A DNA stretch of 64,000 nucleotides from Blastocatellia bacterium. GTDB lineage: Bacteria; Acidobacteriota; Blastocatellia; UBA7656. The notes beneath the pieces were generated by a model. The model had not been told where the DNA came from, did no database searches, and worked only from the letters and a program-made list of their open reading frames with translations. A program made the position numbers and the translations under genes. The first letter of the stretch is position 1. The number at the start of each line of letters is the position of its first letter. Location: assembly GCA_963765495.1 (NCBI GenBank), contig CAVXWP010000001.1, forward strand, positions 256,001-320,000. The letters run 5' to 3'. This document shows, piece by piece, positions 39,565 through 50,419 of this stretch.

Positions 39565-40611
39565 CTATTTGGATTTTCTGGGCGGCTTTTTCACCTGAAA
39601 CTTTGGCGAAAGACGCTTGACACGCAGATGATCCGGGTCCGTTCGTATAGCCTCATACTTTACGGCCACGGGCTTGCCGTTTTCGTCCATTTCGTGAATT
39701 GTGAAGCCTCTTTCGCCCGGTATGACCGGCAACAATCCCCGCAACCCGTCTTCGATGTAGGAGCCCGTATAACGGCCCTGACTCGGAGAATAATTCAGCA
39801 CCCATAGCCTCGTGAAATCGACGGGTGCGTCGGTGTCGAGGCTCTTCATCAAACCGATGTAGTTGTTCTTCGTCTCACCCTTTTTGCTCTTGTTGTGATC
39901 AAAGACAACCCAGCCGGTAAATATTCGACCTTCGCCTTCCAGATGCAGTATCTCGTCCGGCACATCGAGTTCGACCTGTCGCGCCCCCACCCAGCCCGCG
40001 CGCAATACTTCGGATTCGGGCAATCGAATCTTGTACCACAACACGGTTCGCGTCTCCGGTTCATCCGCCGTTTCATCGCTGTCTTCCGCGTCGGATTGTC
40101 GCGATTCGGGTTTAACTTTTGTGCGTGCCTTATCGACTATATCGACCTCGGTTCCCCGATTGAGATAAGTTACAAGCTCGCCTCCCGGCTCGATCCTCAG
40201 TCGGGTTGAGACCTTCAATCTTCCCTGAGCCTGCGAGGGTGTGTCTCTTGATTTCTCGAATAGATCGTTGATTCTATCCACGATAGATTTGTTTATGACG
40301 TAGCGCGCCTCGACCCAGCCAACGACCTCGTCCTTGTTTGTGGTCCTGACCTTGTACCATTCTTCGGTTCGCGTGGGGGTCTTGACTTCGGATTGGTCGA
40401 GAATGTCGAGCCGGTCGCCGCGCTTGAGTTCCACAAGGTCGAGCGCGACCATCGCGGTTGAAGAACGGACCTTCAATGTCGGAGCGATGACTACGCCTTC
40501 ATCTATCTTTGCATCCCCGGAAATCATGCTGCACGCGATCTGGGAAAGGCCCACAAACGCGATTGCCAGGGCAATAAATAATTGCTTCTTTATCTGCATT
40601 ATTCTCAGCAT
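39565..40611 (-). CDS. Lipoprotein with two bacterial SH3-like domains
   Basis: Lipobox IAC; LKVRS...LKRGD...WYKV...GWV and LRIEPG...LNRGT...WYKI...GWV. Confidence 0.78.
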   Translation of the reverse strand: MLRIMQIKKQLFIALAIAFVGLSQIACSMISGDAKIDEGVVIAPTLKVRSSTAMVALDLVELKRGDRLDILDQSEVKTPTRTEEWYKVRTTNKDEVVGWVEARYVINKSIVDRINDLFEKSRDTPSQAQGRLKVSTRLRIEPGGELVTYLNRGTEVDIVDKARTKVKPESRQSDAEDSDETADEPETRTVLWYKIRLPESEVLRAGWVGARQVELDVPDEILHLEGEGRIFTGWVVFDHNKSKKGETKNNYIGLMKSLDTDAPVDFTRLWVLNYSPSQGRYTGSYIEDGLRGLLPVIPGERGFTIHEMDENGKPVAVKYEAIRTDPDHLRVKRLSPKFQVKKPPRKSK

Positions 40612-40680
40612 TCTATCAATTGGATTAATTAAGAGCGTAACGGAGTGCGCAATCGAATGTCAACGAGCCAAGAGATGGGA

Positions 40681-40770
40681 ATGATGCGTGATGCGTGATG
40701 CGTAAGATAGGTATTTACCCTGTGACAAAAAGATGGCTCCTACCTCACGCATCACGCATCACTCTTCACC
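40681..40770. repeat. GCGTGAT-family palindromic element
   Basis: ATGATGCGTGATGCGTGATGCGT ... TCACGCATCACGCATCAC. Confidence 0.8.
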
Positions 40771-40777
40771 TGTTCTG

Positions 40778-41239
40778 CTATTGGCCGGGGGCGGCGCTTT
40801 TAATTTCTTCCAGCAGCGACTGAACCTTTGCAGAGTCATTCATTCGCCAGGCCGTGGCCATATCGAATACCTTTCTTCTGAGGTCGGCATCGCTCCCAAT
40901 CGAGCATTTGGATTTCGGATCGTCCCACAGCAACCCATTATTGACAATCTCTTCCGGGTGTCCCTCGTAAGGAGTCATTGGGTCTTTCGCGGCCATCTCA
41001 GACAGATGCGCAAGGCATTTATCCATCCCTTTAGGCACGCCCTTCATCATCTGGCTGCCACGGCGAGGGGACCTTCGGCGGCGGGCCTTTTGAGGTGCGG
41101 GCGTGGTTTCTTGTTGAGAGGCGGCAGCCTGCCCCTGCGCGGCGGGAACGGACGCAACAGCAGTGATTGCCGTATATTCAAGTCCTGTGGCGGTAACGGC
41201 TACTATGGTCAATACGATTTTTAAGAGATTAGCTCTCAT
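40778..41239 (-). CDS. Exported hypothetical protein
   Basis: Signal peptide, Arg-rich linker, two Cys; GGAGG RBS before ATG 41239. Confidence 0.7.
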   Translation of the reverse strand: MRANLLKIVLTIVAVTATGLEYTAITAVASVPAAQGQAAASQQETTPAPQKARRRRSPRRGSQMMKGVPKGMDKCLAHLSEMAAKDPMTPYEGHPEEIVNNGLLWDDPKSKCSIGSDADLRRKVFDMATAWRMNDSAKVQSLLEEIKSAAPGQ

Positions 41240-41413
41240 CAAAGGAACCTCCGTTGCTATAGTGTGGTCGCGCGAGTATGGCGACCCGTTTTGCGAGCAG
41301 GATAAATCTCAGGAAGAAATAACTGCTTTCTCCCTCTCAGCGTTCCGCGTAGTGAAAACCAACTACCTGTTTGAAGTTTACTTTCGGCTTCCGCAAAGAA
41401 AAAACGGCGCGGC

Positions 41414-42691
41414 TCATCCTCGTCTGCGCAATCGCTCGATGGCCTGGCGGAAACTGTCGCGCGTGCGATCCATCTGCTCGGCCAATCGGTTGATTTCATC
41501 CTCGGCAAGCGATGGCGGAATCCAATTACCGGCCAGCCCGTTTTGATCCTTTACGGGAGTACTGAGTTCACCGACACTCATTCGAGTTGCGGCTTCGGTC
41601 AGAGCCTCAAGCCTGATGCCCAGAAAGCGCCCGAATAGAAATCCTACAGCGCCTGCCAGTAAAAATGCCAGCACGCCGATGACGATTAGCAGAATTCCGA
41701 CCGTGACCGGGGCTTTAATCTCGCTTGCGGGTATGGCGCAGCCGATGGCTGCAACCTCGGTTCCGTCGAGCGATTTCACGCTTTCCCACGACACGGCGTA
41801 ATCGCGTCCGCCCGATTGAATTATCTCTTCGGTTCTGGCAGGATCGCGCCTCGCGCCTTCAAGCGCCCCTCGACCGCCGGAGTCGCGTTCCCCTTTTGCG
41901 GGAACGCTTGATGCGATGATCGTATCGCCGAGCGATATGAGCGCGCCCGATTCCGGTGCCTGACCGCCGTAAACGATCTGTCGCGCTTCGCCCACTATGG
42001 AGGATTGCAGAGGACCTCCGCCCGCGCGCGTCGTCGAAAAATTATTCAACATCTGGCCGATCAATACCACGCCGACGAAACGCCCCGCGCTGAAGATAGG
42101 CGCGGCAGCTTCGATCATCAGGGAATCCTCAACAAGCGATGAATCAATGCGAGCGACCTCGGCCATCTGCGCTAACCCCAAACGGGCCAGTTGCTCACGC
42201 GGCTCCACAACGGAAGAAGCAAGCGGGCGAATGCGCGATCCCGTTCCCTCAGAGATAACGCTCTCTGCAACCGGGTTCTTGTAGTCGTTTCCGAGGATGG
42301 ACTCCCCGGCCGAAGGGCGGTCGTTATGGCGGGCGATCACGCGCCCGCTTTGATCGGCAACTATCAGAAAATCGAGGCTGAATTCGTTTTGCGCTCCGGG
42401 CAGCATGTCCTGCAATCGCGCCCACGCGGACTGATATTCACTCGGTTCATTTTCGCGGCTGACAAGCACGCGGTTTGCGACTTCATCGGCGAGCCGCTGC
42501 GCGGCCGAGCGCATCTCGGCGAGCCGCTTTTCGTAAAGACCTTCGGCAAGCCGCGCATTATTTTGAAGGCGTTCGCGCGCGCGCGCGCGCGAATCGCGGG
42601 AGGTTTGATAAAGCACCAGAACCGAGGCTACGATCAGAGGAAGAATCGCCGCAACGGCACAAAGCGCTCCAAGCTTCTGGCTCAATCGCAT
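41414..42691 (-). CDS. Membrane sensor: TM - Cache-like domain - TM - HAMP, with no output domain
   Basis: LDFLIVADQSGRVIARH, EAAAPI, HAMP (LTEAATRMSVGEL...DEINRLAEQMDR), then a stop. Confidence 0.8.
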   Translation of the reverse strand: MRLSQKLGALCAVAAILPLIVASVLVLYQTSRDSRARARERLQNNARLAEGLYEKRLAEMRSAAQRLADEVANRVLVSRENEPSEYQSAWARLQDMLPGAQNEFSLDFLIVADQSGRVIARHNDRPSAGESILGNDYKNPVAESVISEGTGSRIRPLASSVVEPREQLARLGLAQMAEVARIDSSLVEDSLMIEAAAPIFSAGRFVGVVLIGQMLNNFSTTRAGGGPLQSSIVGEARQIVYGGQAPESGALISLGDTIIASSVPAKGERDSGGRGALEGARRDPARTEEIIQSGGRDYAVSWESVKSLDGTEVAAIGCAIPASEIKAPVTVGILLIVIGVLAFLLAGAVGFLFGRFLGIRLEALTEAATRMSVGELSTPVKDQNGLAGNWIPPSLAEDEINRLAEQMDRTRDSFRQAIERLRRRG

Positions 42692-42693
42692 AA

Positions 42694-42825
<132 letters not shown>

Positions 42826-42832
<7 letters not shown>

Positions 42833-45321
42833 TTGGCGTCTTTCGCGCACCGGAATCCCGTCTTATCATAACCCTTGTCGGCGTCAACGAATCCGCGATA
42901 AGAGGCATCGTGCTGTTTGTTGCCGTCGTATGCGCCCCCGCGTATCACGCGATAAGTCACGCTGCGCTGCAACTCGGGTTTGGGTGTAGGGCTTTTTGCA
43001 TAGAGATTGAATTTACTGGCAGTCCATTCCCAGACATTGCCTATCATATCGAGTGCGCCAACCGGGCTTGCACCGCCGGGGTACTGGCCCACTTCTTTTA
43101 TACCGTCGGTGTCAATATTGGCGAGGCTCTTGTCCCAATCGTTTCCCCACGGGTATATGCGACCATCCGCGCCACGAGCCGCCGCTTCCCACTCTTCTTC
43201 GGTGGGCAGCCGCTTGCCTGCCCACGCGGCATAATCGGCAGCATCCTTCCAGCTTAGGCCGGTTACAGGGAAATTATCCTGCCCTGCCTGATAATTATCG
43301 TTCTTCCAACCCTCGGGCGCGCGGTGCCCGGTCGCGTCAATAAACTTTTTATATGAGGCGTTGGTAACTTCGGTACGATCTATGTAAAAGGCTTTCAGAC
43401 TTACCATATGCTCAGGCTTTTCAAACTGATCGCCTTCATCGCGGCCTATCTTATAGGTTCCGCTTGCAACAAGCGCCATCCCTTCGGGCGCGGTCGGGGC
43501 CGTTGGAGTCGGAGCAGGCGGCGGAGCGGGTGATGTGGCAGGCACAGGCGGCGTCACTTCTGTAGTTTCAGTCCTGGGCGACCCGCCCGACAGATACCAC
43601 CAGCCCAGATAAACGGCTATGCAGATCATCACAACCCCGATTGCTATCGAAGCTATTGTCACGCTGCTTTTTGGGCTCGATGGCGGAGCCTCGCTCACGA
43701 TGATCCCGGGCGGTTCGTGCGCCGAATAAGGCGGGAGCGGTTGAGCCATTTGCTCGCGGTCATCCGAGGCGGCTTGCGCCGCCGACGTATCGATTACCTC
43801 GGTCTCATTGACGGGTATCGCCGCGTTGTCCGAGTGCGTATTAAACGGATCGGATTGATAAGGAGATTCGAATTGTGGTTCGGCGGGCGGAGGCACCAGG
43901 CCAAACGGGGCCGTGTGCACATCCTCAAAAGGCGTCTCAGAGACTATCATCGTAGGCGCGGTGTTTATTTCGGATTCGGCCTCTTCGGTTTCAATCGTTT
44001 CTGCCACCTCGTCTTCTGGTGCCTCGTCTTCTGGCGACTCGTCTTCTGCCGCCTCGCCGCTCTCAGGCGGCGGCGTCACTTCGGTCTCATAGACGAAAGG
44101 CGATTGCGACCGATCCTGTAAGAACTCATCGGGCAAAGCGCCCATCTGTATAGTGCCTCCGGGCAGATCGCCGCTTTCTTCCGGTATCGCTCCAAATTGC
44201 CCGGTTGCCGTATCGCTTTCGGCCTCGCCTGACAAGGGGGGTTCAAGTTGAAAGGCTTCGAGCGTCAACGCGGAAGACGAGACCCGGTTTGCCTCCGGTG
44301 TCAATTCGGAAGAATATGGGTCGCTTTTGGCCTCCGGGTGCTCGACCGGATTCGTAGTTCGTCGCTGAAAGTTTGCGGTTGGAGACGGCATCTCGCTTTC
44401 CGGGCCGACTCCCGGCAGCATCTCGGTTTCGGCGCTTACTGAAATTCTCTCTATTTCGACCGTCTCCGGTGCGAAAGGAAGAGCCTGATCTTGATCCGGC
44501 GCGGCATCAGGTGTGTCAATCGCAGATGCATTGAACGCGGGCGGTTCCGGCGCAGGCGTCTCGGACGCAAACATCTCAGGCGTGGGCGATTCATGCGAGG
44601 GAGGCTCAAAGGCAGGCGCTTCAAAAGCGATGGTTTCATTTTCGAAGACCGCTTCATTCTGCGGGGGCGAACTCATCCCCTCGGTCGAGATCAATGCGGC
44701 GGCCCGCTCCCTTTCAGACAGATGCTCCGGAAGATCGGGCAGCGTGCTCTGCCGGGCTTGCACCTCCGCATCGCCTCTCGTATCGCGATTCGAATCGGTA
44801 TCGTCAAACGACGCTCCACAAACGCGACACGTTCTTGAGCCAAGCGGGCTGAAGCTCGTGCACTGATTGCAAAGCAATGATGATGCGCCAAAGGGGCTTG
44901 CCGGCGCAGAGACGGACGCGCCGCAGGATTTGCAATACTTCGAGCCGGTATCGAGGTTTTCGCCGCAGGACGGGCATTGCGCGATCAGCGCCGTGGAACT
45001 CCGGGCGCTCTCGTTGCCCTTCCTGGCCCCCGATTTTTTAGTGAAATCGTGACCGCATCGAGTGCAGTTGAGCTCCCCTGTCGCATTCGAAGCGCCGCAA
45101 AGCGGGCACGAAACGCCTACGGACTCGCGCTTGCCGGAGACGAGATTGATGCCGCAGGATTTGCAGAAAGACCATTTCGGCTGTACCGCAGCCAGACAGG
45201 ATGGACAGGTATAGAGCTCGCTTGTGATGCGCGGGCGCTCAACCAGTCCCTGGCCGCACCATTTGCAATAGCGCAACCCTACGGGGAAGTCTAAATTGCA
45301 TTTCTCACAATACATATTCAA
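42826..45321 (-). CDS. Zinc-ribbon repeat / acidic linker / TM / FGE-sulfatase (SUMF1) domain protein
   Basis: Ten N-terminal CxxC motifs; long P/E-rich linker; one TM; FYIDRTEVTN, RLPTEEEWEAAARG, DMIGNVWEW, GFRCAK. Confidence 0.85.
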
Positions 45322-45383
45322 GCCAGGCCCAAGAAGGCAGACGACATAACTATAACCATCCGATGGCTGACAAGTCTACAGAA

Positions 45384-45489
45384 ATGATTCGTGAAGCGTG
45401 AAGTGTGATGTGTGGCCTTGAGATGGTGCCGAAGGTTTGAGCGCGCTTACAAGCCTGCTTGTGTCACAAATCACGTTTCACGAATCGCT
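45384..45489. repeat. GCGTGAT-family palindromic element
   Basis: ATGATTCGTGAAGCGTGAAGTGTGATGTGTG ... TCACAAATCACGTTTCACGAATCGC. Confidence 0.75.
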
Positions 45490-45490
45490 T

Positions 45491-46498
45491 TTACATTTCG
45501 CGTTCGACGATGAAGCGAGGCACGCTGAGCAGGGCTGTGCGGTACTGGGAGGGCGGAAAGATTGAGAGCGATTCGACCGCTTCATCGGCGTAGCGCCGGG
45601 CTTCGGCAAGGGCGCGGGCCAGAGTGCCTCGCTCGTCGATTAGATCGAGCACCTGTTTACGACTGACGGTTTCGAACCCGCGTTCGCGCATGACGGTTTC
45701 GATCATTTCACGATGCTGCTCGTTGCCTTCTTCCATAAGGTATATCAACGGCAGCGTCAGTTTGCCTTCGCGCAGGTCGTTGGCGACCGGCTTGCCGAGC
45801 TTGGCTTCGGTGGAGATGAAATCGAGCACATCATCTATCAACTGAAAAGCGACGCCGACCGACAGCCCGTAACGAGCCATCGCGCGGCGCTCTTCCGAGG
45901 TAGCGCCTGCCACTATCGCGCCTACTTCGGCACAGGTGCTGAACATGTAAGCGGTCTTGCGGCGGACGATTTCGAGATGTTCGGCCTCGGTGATCCGGCT
46001 GTTGCCGATCAGAGATAACTGGATGATCTCGCCTTCGACCATAAGGCGCGTCATCCCTGTCAGCGTTTCGAGTATGTCGAAATTGCGTTCGACCAGGCTC
46101 ATCTCGAAGGCCGTCATATAGAGCCAGTCGCCCATCAAGACCGTGATGTCGTTGCCCCATTTGGCATTGGCCGAAGCTCGTCCGCGCCGCACGCGCGCTT
46201 CATCAATTATGTCGTCGTGCATGAGCGTAGCCATATGGAGCATCTCCATCACGGCGGCCATGCGAATCGTCGAGGGCGTTGCCTGCCCCGATATGAGTCT
46301 GCTTGCGAGCGCGACCATCGCCGGGCGCACGCGCTTGCCCCCGCCCTCCTGCAGATAGCGGGCAACGGATGCAACCACCGGAGAGGCTTCGGCAACCTGG
46401 CGCTCGAACTCGTCTTCAACGAGCTTCAAATCATTCAGCACGAGAGAGAATATCTCTTCCGGCGTCATCTCGGCGTCTTCGGTCTTTGGCTCATCCAT
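45491..46498 (-). CDS. Polyprenyl diphosphate synthase (IspB/HepT-like)
   Basis: Motifs GGKRVRP, LMHDDIID (first Asp-rich motif), RRG, KTA, FQLIDDVLD (second Asp-rich motif), GKLTLP. Start uncertain (46498 or 46516). Confidence 0.9.
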   Translation of the reverse strand: MDEPKTEDAEMTPEEIFSLVLNDLKLVEDEFERQVAEASPVVASVARYLQEGGGKRVRPAMVALASRLISGQATPSTIRMAAVMEMLHMATLMHDDIIDEARVRRGRASANAKWGNDITVLMGDWLYMTAFEMSLVERNFDILETLTGMTRLMVEGEIIQLSLIGNSRITEAEHLEIVRRKTAYMFSTCAEVGAIVAGATSEERRAMARYGLSVGVAFQLIDDVLDFISTEAKLGKPVANDLREGKLTLPLIYLMEEGNEQHREMIETVMRERGFETVSRKQVLDLIDERGTLARALAEARRYADEAVESLSIFPPSQYRTALLSVPRFIVEREM

Positions 46499-46734
46499 AT
46501 GCAAGCGACTATGCATCAACTCAGATTTCTCCTTGAAATGCGACCGCCAATCATACCAAACCGGGCGTTGAGAAGGCAAAAGGCAAAACGAAAAGATATA
46601 CGCGTCGTATGCACGCGTCCCGCTTCCCTGAGCCGGTCTCTTCCTGTTATAGCCATTTGGTGCGTAACGCGCAACGCACAATCGCGTTTTCAATCCCGGG
46701 TCCGAGCCTCAATCGCAGCCCGTCGCGCCCTGTG

Positions 46735-46762
46735 TTGACAAGGTGAGAAAAACTGTTAGTTT
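46735..46762 (+). promoter_or_regulatory. Putative sigma-70 promoter of the pspA operon
   Basis: TTGACA-16 nt-TAGTTT with a TGn extension. Confidence 0.45.
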
Positions 46763-46908
46763 AAATTTTCGCCGATCAGTTGTTGTGGTAGACTTAATGA
46801 CGAAATCCAGACGGCCTTGCCCCGCGTCTTGTTTTAGAGAAGCCGGGCGCGTGCTTCGGCTATCAAAAATGCATCCGAGATCGAGGGCCGGCAAAAATAG
46901 GAGGGGAA

Positions 46909-47667
46909 ATGTGGAATAGACTCAAACGATTATTCCGTTCGATCTTCGGCGGGATGATCGAAAGGGCCGAAGACCCTGAACTGATACTCCAGCAGACCAT
47001 CCGCGACATGCGCGAGAAGGTCCCTGAGATGCAGAACAATGTCGCGCAGGTAATGGCCACCGAGAAGCTGCTGCAAAGAGAGATAACCACGCTCGAACGC
47101 GAAGTGATCGAGTATGACGCCAAGATCAAGGCCGCAATCAAGCAGGGCCGCGACGACATCGCCAAGACCTATATAACCGCTCTGCAGGAAAAACAGATCG
47201 CCCTCGACCGCTCGAAGCAACAACTTGAGAGCGCGAAGGCCGCAGCCAGCCAGGCCAAAAAGTTTCTCGACAACTACATTCTCCAGGTGAAGAAACGCAC
47301 CGCCGAGGCCCAGCAACTCGTAAACGAGGCGCGAGCCGCCAAGATGCAGGAACAGCTCTCACAGACCATGGCATCGTTTCAGATCGGTGACGACGCGGGC
47401 ACCTTTGGCGAGATGCGCGAGCGCATCCAGCGCCGGGCCGCTGCCGCCGAAGCGCGGATGGACCTTGCGACCGGCGGTATAGAGTCTACGATTCAGGACA
47501 TAGAGCGCGAGTCGCTGAATATACAGGTCGAAGATACATTGTCTGCCTACAAACGGCAGATGGGTGTAGGGCAGGATACGTCGCCTATGCCTGCGCCTCC
47601 TTCCATAGAGAGCGACAGCGCGGGCAAATCGCTCGGCCCTTCCGAGCGGTCGAAGACGCTTGAATAG
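46909..47667 (+). CDS. pspA: PspA/IM30 (Vipp1, ESCRT-III-like) family protein
   Basis: Amphipathic N-terminus MWNRLKRLFRSIF; EDPELILQQTIRDM; AAIKQGRDDIAK; FGEMRERI; long coiled coil; AGGAGG RBS. Confidence 0.92.
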   Translation: MWNRLKRLFRSIFGGMIERAEDPELILQQTIRDMREKVPEMQNNVAQVMATEKLLQREITTLEREVIEYDAKIKAAIKQGRDDIAKTYITALQEKQIALDRSKQQLESAKAAASQAKKFLDNYILQVKKRTAEAQQLVNEARAAKMQEQLSQTMASFQIGDDAGTFGEMRERIQRRAAAAEARMDLATGGIESTIQDIERESLNIQVEDTLSAYKRQMGVGQDTSPMPAPPSIESDSAGKSLGPSERSKTLE

Positions 47668-47672
47668 AAGCG

Positions 47673-47727
47673 GTGAATGCTGAATGATGAACGGGGGGGA
47701 TTAAATCACCTCATTCATCATTATCAT
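47673..47727. repeat. GAATGAT-heptamer palindromic element
   Basis: GTGAATGCTGAATGATGAA ... TCATTCATCATTATCAT. Confidence 0.65.
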
Positions 47728-47744
47728 GTTGAAAGCGGGTTTTT

Positions 47745-48587
47745 ATGCCTGAAAAGGTGAGCTATCTCAAAGAGGCGGCCAAAGAGCCGCTCAACATCTG
47801 GGCTATGGTAGGCTTTGTCGCTTCCTCGGTCTTTGCGGCCACGACGGATTTCTCGATGTTTGCCTGGGTTCCGCTTGCGGCAGGCGCGGCTGCCGAATCG
47901 CTCTATCTGGCGAGCATCCCGGCTACGAGCGCATACCGCAGACTTGTAGATCGCCGGGTGCGCCGCCGTGAATTTGCAGAGCGAGGCCGCAAGCGCGAAG
48001 AACTGATAAAGGCGTTCGACCCTCGCGAGCGCGAGGCGGTCGAATACCTGCGCTGGATGAAGAATCAGATATATCAAAACTATCAAAAATTTGCCCACGT
48101 CGCCGATGTGCCTGATAGCATCTCGCGGCTTGAAAACATCTGGGAATCCTATGTGGACCTGCTCGATGTTTATCGCCGCCGCAAGAATCATCTGCGCTCG
48201 ATAAATCGCCAGACGATTCAAAACCAGACCCAGCAGGCCGAGCGCGCCATGCAGTCGGCCCCCGACCCCGACACTCGCAGACTCTATGAAAAGAATATCG
48301 AAATACTTCAGAAGCGGCTCCAGACCTATAACGACATCGAGCGGTCGATGAAACGCGTAGAGGCTCAACTTCAATCAATCGAGAGTTTCTTCGGGCTCGT
48401 AAACGATCAGGTGGTAACGATGCCTACGCCCGATCACATTCTGTCGCTGGACTTCGAATCCCTGCTCTCTTCTATAGAGATCACCAAGGAGATATTGGAA
48501 GAGACGGCTCCCGTTCTCAGCCAGTTGGACGCCGCCGAGCGCACTTCGCAAGACCACATGCGGCCACCTGTGGCCCAGAGACAATAG
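47745..48587 (+). CDS. Membrane-anchored coiled-coil protein (two N-terminal TMs), unknown function
   Basis: Two hydrophobic helices, then about 200 aa of charged helical sequence; lies between pspA and the AAA gene. Confidence 0.8.
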   Translation: MPEKVSYLKEAAKEPLNIWAMVGFVASSVFAATTDFSMFAWVPLAAGAAAESLYLASIPATSAYRRLVDRRVRRREFAERGRKREELIKAFDPREREAVEYLRWMKNQIYQNYQKFAHVADVPDSISRLENIWESYVDLLDVYRRRKNHLRSINRQTIQNQTQQAERAMQSAPDPDTRRLYEKNIEILQKRLQTYNDIERSMKRVEAQLQSIESFFGLVNDQVVTMPTPDHILSLDFESLLSSIEITKEILEETAPVLSQLDAAERTSQDHMRPPVAQRQ

Positions 48588-48669
48588 CCGGGGGCCGGGG
48601 GTCAGGGCAGAACGACGAAGTCTTGCTCTCCGTGTCACCGGCCCCCGACCCCTGGTCCCCGGCCCCCGA
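48588..48669. repeat. GGGGCCG-heptamer palindromic element
   Basis: CCGGGGGCCGGGGGTCAGGG ... CCGGCCCCCGACCCCTGGTCCCCGGCCCCCG; starts right after the stop. Confidence 0.8.
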
Positions 48670-48675
48670 TTAGCT

Positions 48676-50382
48676 ATGTCAAGAACAAAACTACTCATTG
48701 ACGATATAGATCAATTGCCCGCGTGGGCTGCGCGAATGGCGCGCAAATACTATGCGGGAGAGGCGAGCCACTTCCTGATATACAACAACATTTATGATCT
48801 GGTGCGCGCCGGGAGCGATTACGTCAGCCTGCTCAATTATCTGCAACGCGAGCTTGTGGGCACAAAACATCTTGTCACCTACAATCGCAGCGAGGGGATA
48901 AAATTCGGATCAACCGAAGCCGAGCGCGCCTTTCTCGCGCAGTTGCGCGTGGCCGACCCGCTTGCGGGCCGCGACGCCGTAAAGCAACTCCCCAGAGACC
49001 CCGCCCGCGCAATACCGCTCATCGAACATTTTTTGCTCTACGGCGATCAGGTCGCGGTCATAATCAATTTCATGGATACGATCATCCCGGCAGGCGACAT
49101 CAGCTATATGTCGGGCGAAGACCGCACAAATCTGGTTGCCTTTCAGCGATGGATAACCAGCTCTCGATTGCTCAAGAAAGACAACATAGTCATACTGATC
49201 GCCGAAAGCGTAGCCGAGGTTCACCCGCGAATACGCCAGAATTCGCGGCTCGCCGCCATAGACATCCCCTACCCGGATGACAGGGAGCGGCTCGAATTCA
49301 TCAAGCACCTGAGCGAGCAATTGCCGCAGTTCAAGACCGATGTCGGCGATGAACAGACGGCGTTGCTCACATCGGGGCTGAATCGCGTGCATTTGAATTC
49401 GCTCATACGCAGCGCCGCCGTGGAAAACGAACCGATGACGGCCGACATGATTCGCCAGAAGAAGAAAGAATTGATCGAAGCCGAATGCGTGGGTCTTGTC
49501 GAATTCGTACACCCCAGATTCGGGCTCGATTCCGTGGGCGGCATGAAGAAGGCTAAGGATTTCCTGCGAGGCATAGCCGAAACCATACGCGAAGGAATAA
49601 CCGAAGAAGCGCCTATGGGCATTTTGATAAGCGGGCCTGTGGGGACGGGCAAGACATTTCTTGCCGAATGCTTTGCCCACGATTGCGGTTTGAACGTGGT
49701 CGCCTTCAAGAACTTCCGCGAGCGATGGGTGGGCTCGAGCGAAGCAAACCTTGAAAAGATATTAAACCTCCTGCAAACGCTTGCGCCCATTGTCGTACTG
49801 GTTGACGAGGCGGACGCGACTCTCGGCTCGCGCGAAACGGGCGGAGACTCCGGCGTAGATGCGCGAATATTTTCCAAACTAGCGGCGTCGATGGGCGATA
49901 CGAGAAACCGGGGCCGCATACTCTGGATACTGATGACCAGCCGCCCCGACCTGCTTCCCATAGACCTGAAGCGCCAGGGCCGGGCCGAAGAGCACATCTC
50001 GCTCTTCTATCCCGACACGGAAGAAGACCGCCTCGCCATAATCGAAGCGATGCTTCGCAAGCATAAGATCAATGTGGAGGTCGAAGACTGGTCCCCGATC
50101 ACAAAGAGCCAGTTGACGCTTTCGGGAGCCGACATCGAATCCATGTTGATCCGCGCACGCAGGGTCAGCCGCAATGCCGGGCGAAAGATCGTCACACACC
50201 CGGATGTCGAGCAGGTGGCAAACGAGTTCAGCCCGGCTCGCGACGAACTGGCCATCGAATACCAGGTGCTGGTTGCTGCTCGCGAGGCCACATCGCGCGA
50301 GATGGTCCCGGAAAAGTATCGTCACCTCTCTCCCGTAGAACTGAGCCAGCGCATCGAAGAATTGCGTTCGTTCATACGATAA
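48676..50382 (+). CDS. Classical-clade AAA ATPase with a probable degenerate N-terminal AAA module
   Basis: Walker A GPVGTGKT; pore loop RWVGSSE; Walker B VLVDEAD; second region of homology TSRPDLL...KRQGRAE. The N-terminal half has a Walker-B-like strand (VIINFMD) but no P-loop. Confidence 0.9.
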   Translation: MSRTKLLIDDIDQLPAWAARMARKYYAGEASHFLIYNNIYDLVRAGSDYVSLLNYLQRELVGTKHLVTYNRSEGIKFGSTEAERAFLAQLRVADPLAGRDAVKQLPRDPARAIPLIEHFLLYGDQVAVIINFMDTIIPAGDISYMSGEDRTNLVAFQRWITSSRLLKKDNIVILIAESVAEVHPRIRQNSRLAAIDIPYPDDRERLEFIKHLSEQLPQFKTDVGDEQTALLTSGLNRVHLNSLIRSAAVENEPMTADMIRQKKKELIEAECVGLVEFVHPRFGLDSVGGMKKAKDFLRGIAETIREGITEEAPMGILISGPVGTGKTFLAECFAHDCGLNVVAFKNFRERWVGSSEANLEKILNLLQTLAPIVVLVDEADATLGSRETGGDSGVDARIFSKLAASMGDTRNRGRILWILMTSRPDLLPIDLKRQGRAEEHISLFYPDTEEDRLAIIEAMLRKHKINVEVEDWSPITKSQLTLSGADIESMLIRARRVSRNAGRKIVTHPDVEQVANEFSPARDELAIEYQVLVAAREATSREMVPEKYRHLSPVELSQRIEELRSFIR

Positions 50383-50419
50383 TCTGAGATATCAAATCTC
50401 AAATCCCTTCGCCAGACCT

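Noticed and set aside
41278-41293. Sigma-54 promoter TGGCGACCCGTTTTGC
   Set aside because: GG-to-GC spacing is 11, not 10, and no gene follows on that strand.
48676-50382. Calling the ATPase HslU, FtsH, PspF or Vps4
   Set aside because: It lacks the HslU I-domain, the FtsH TM and HEXXH motif, the PspF GAFTGA motif and the Vps4 MIT domain.
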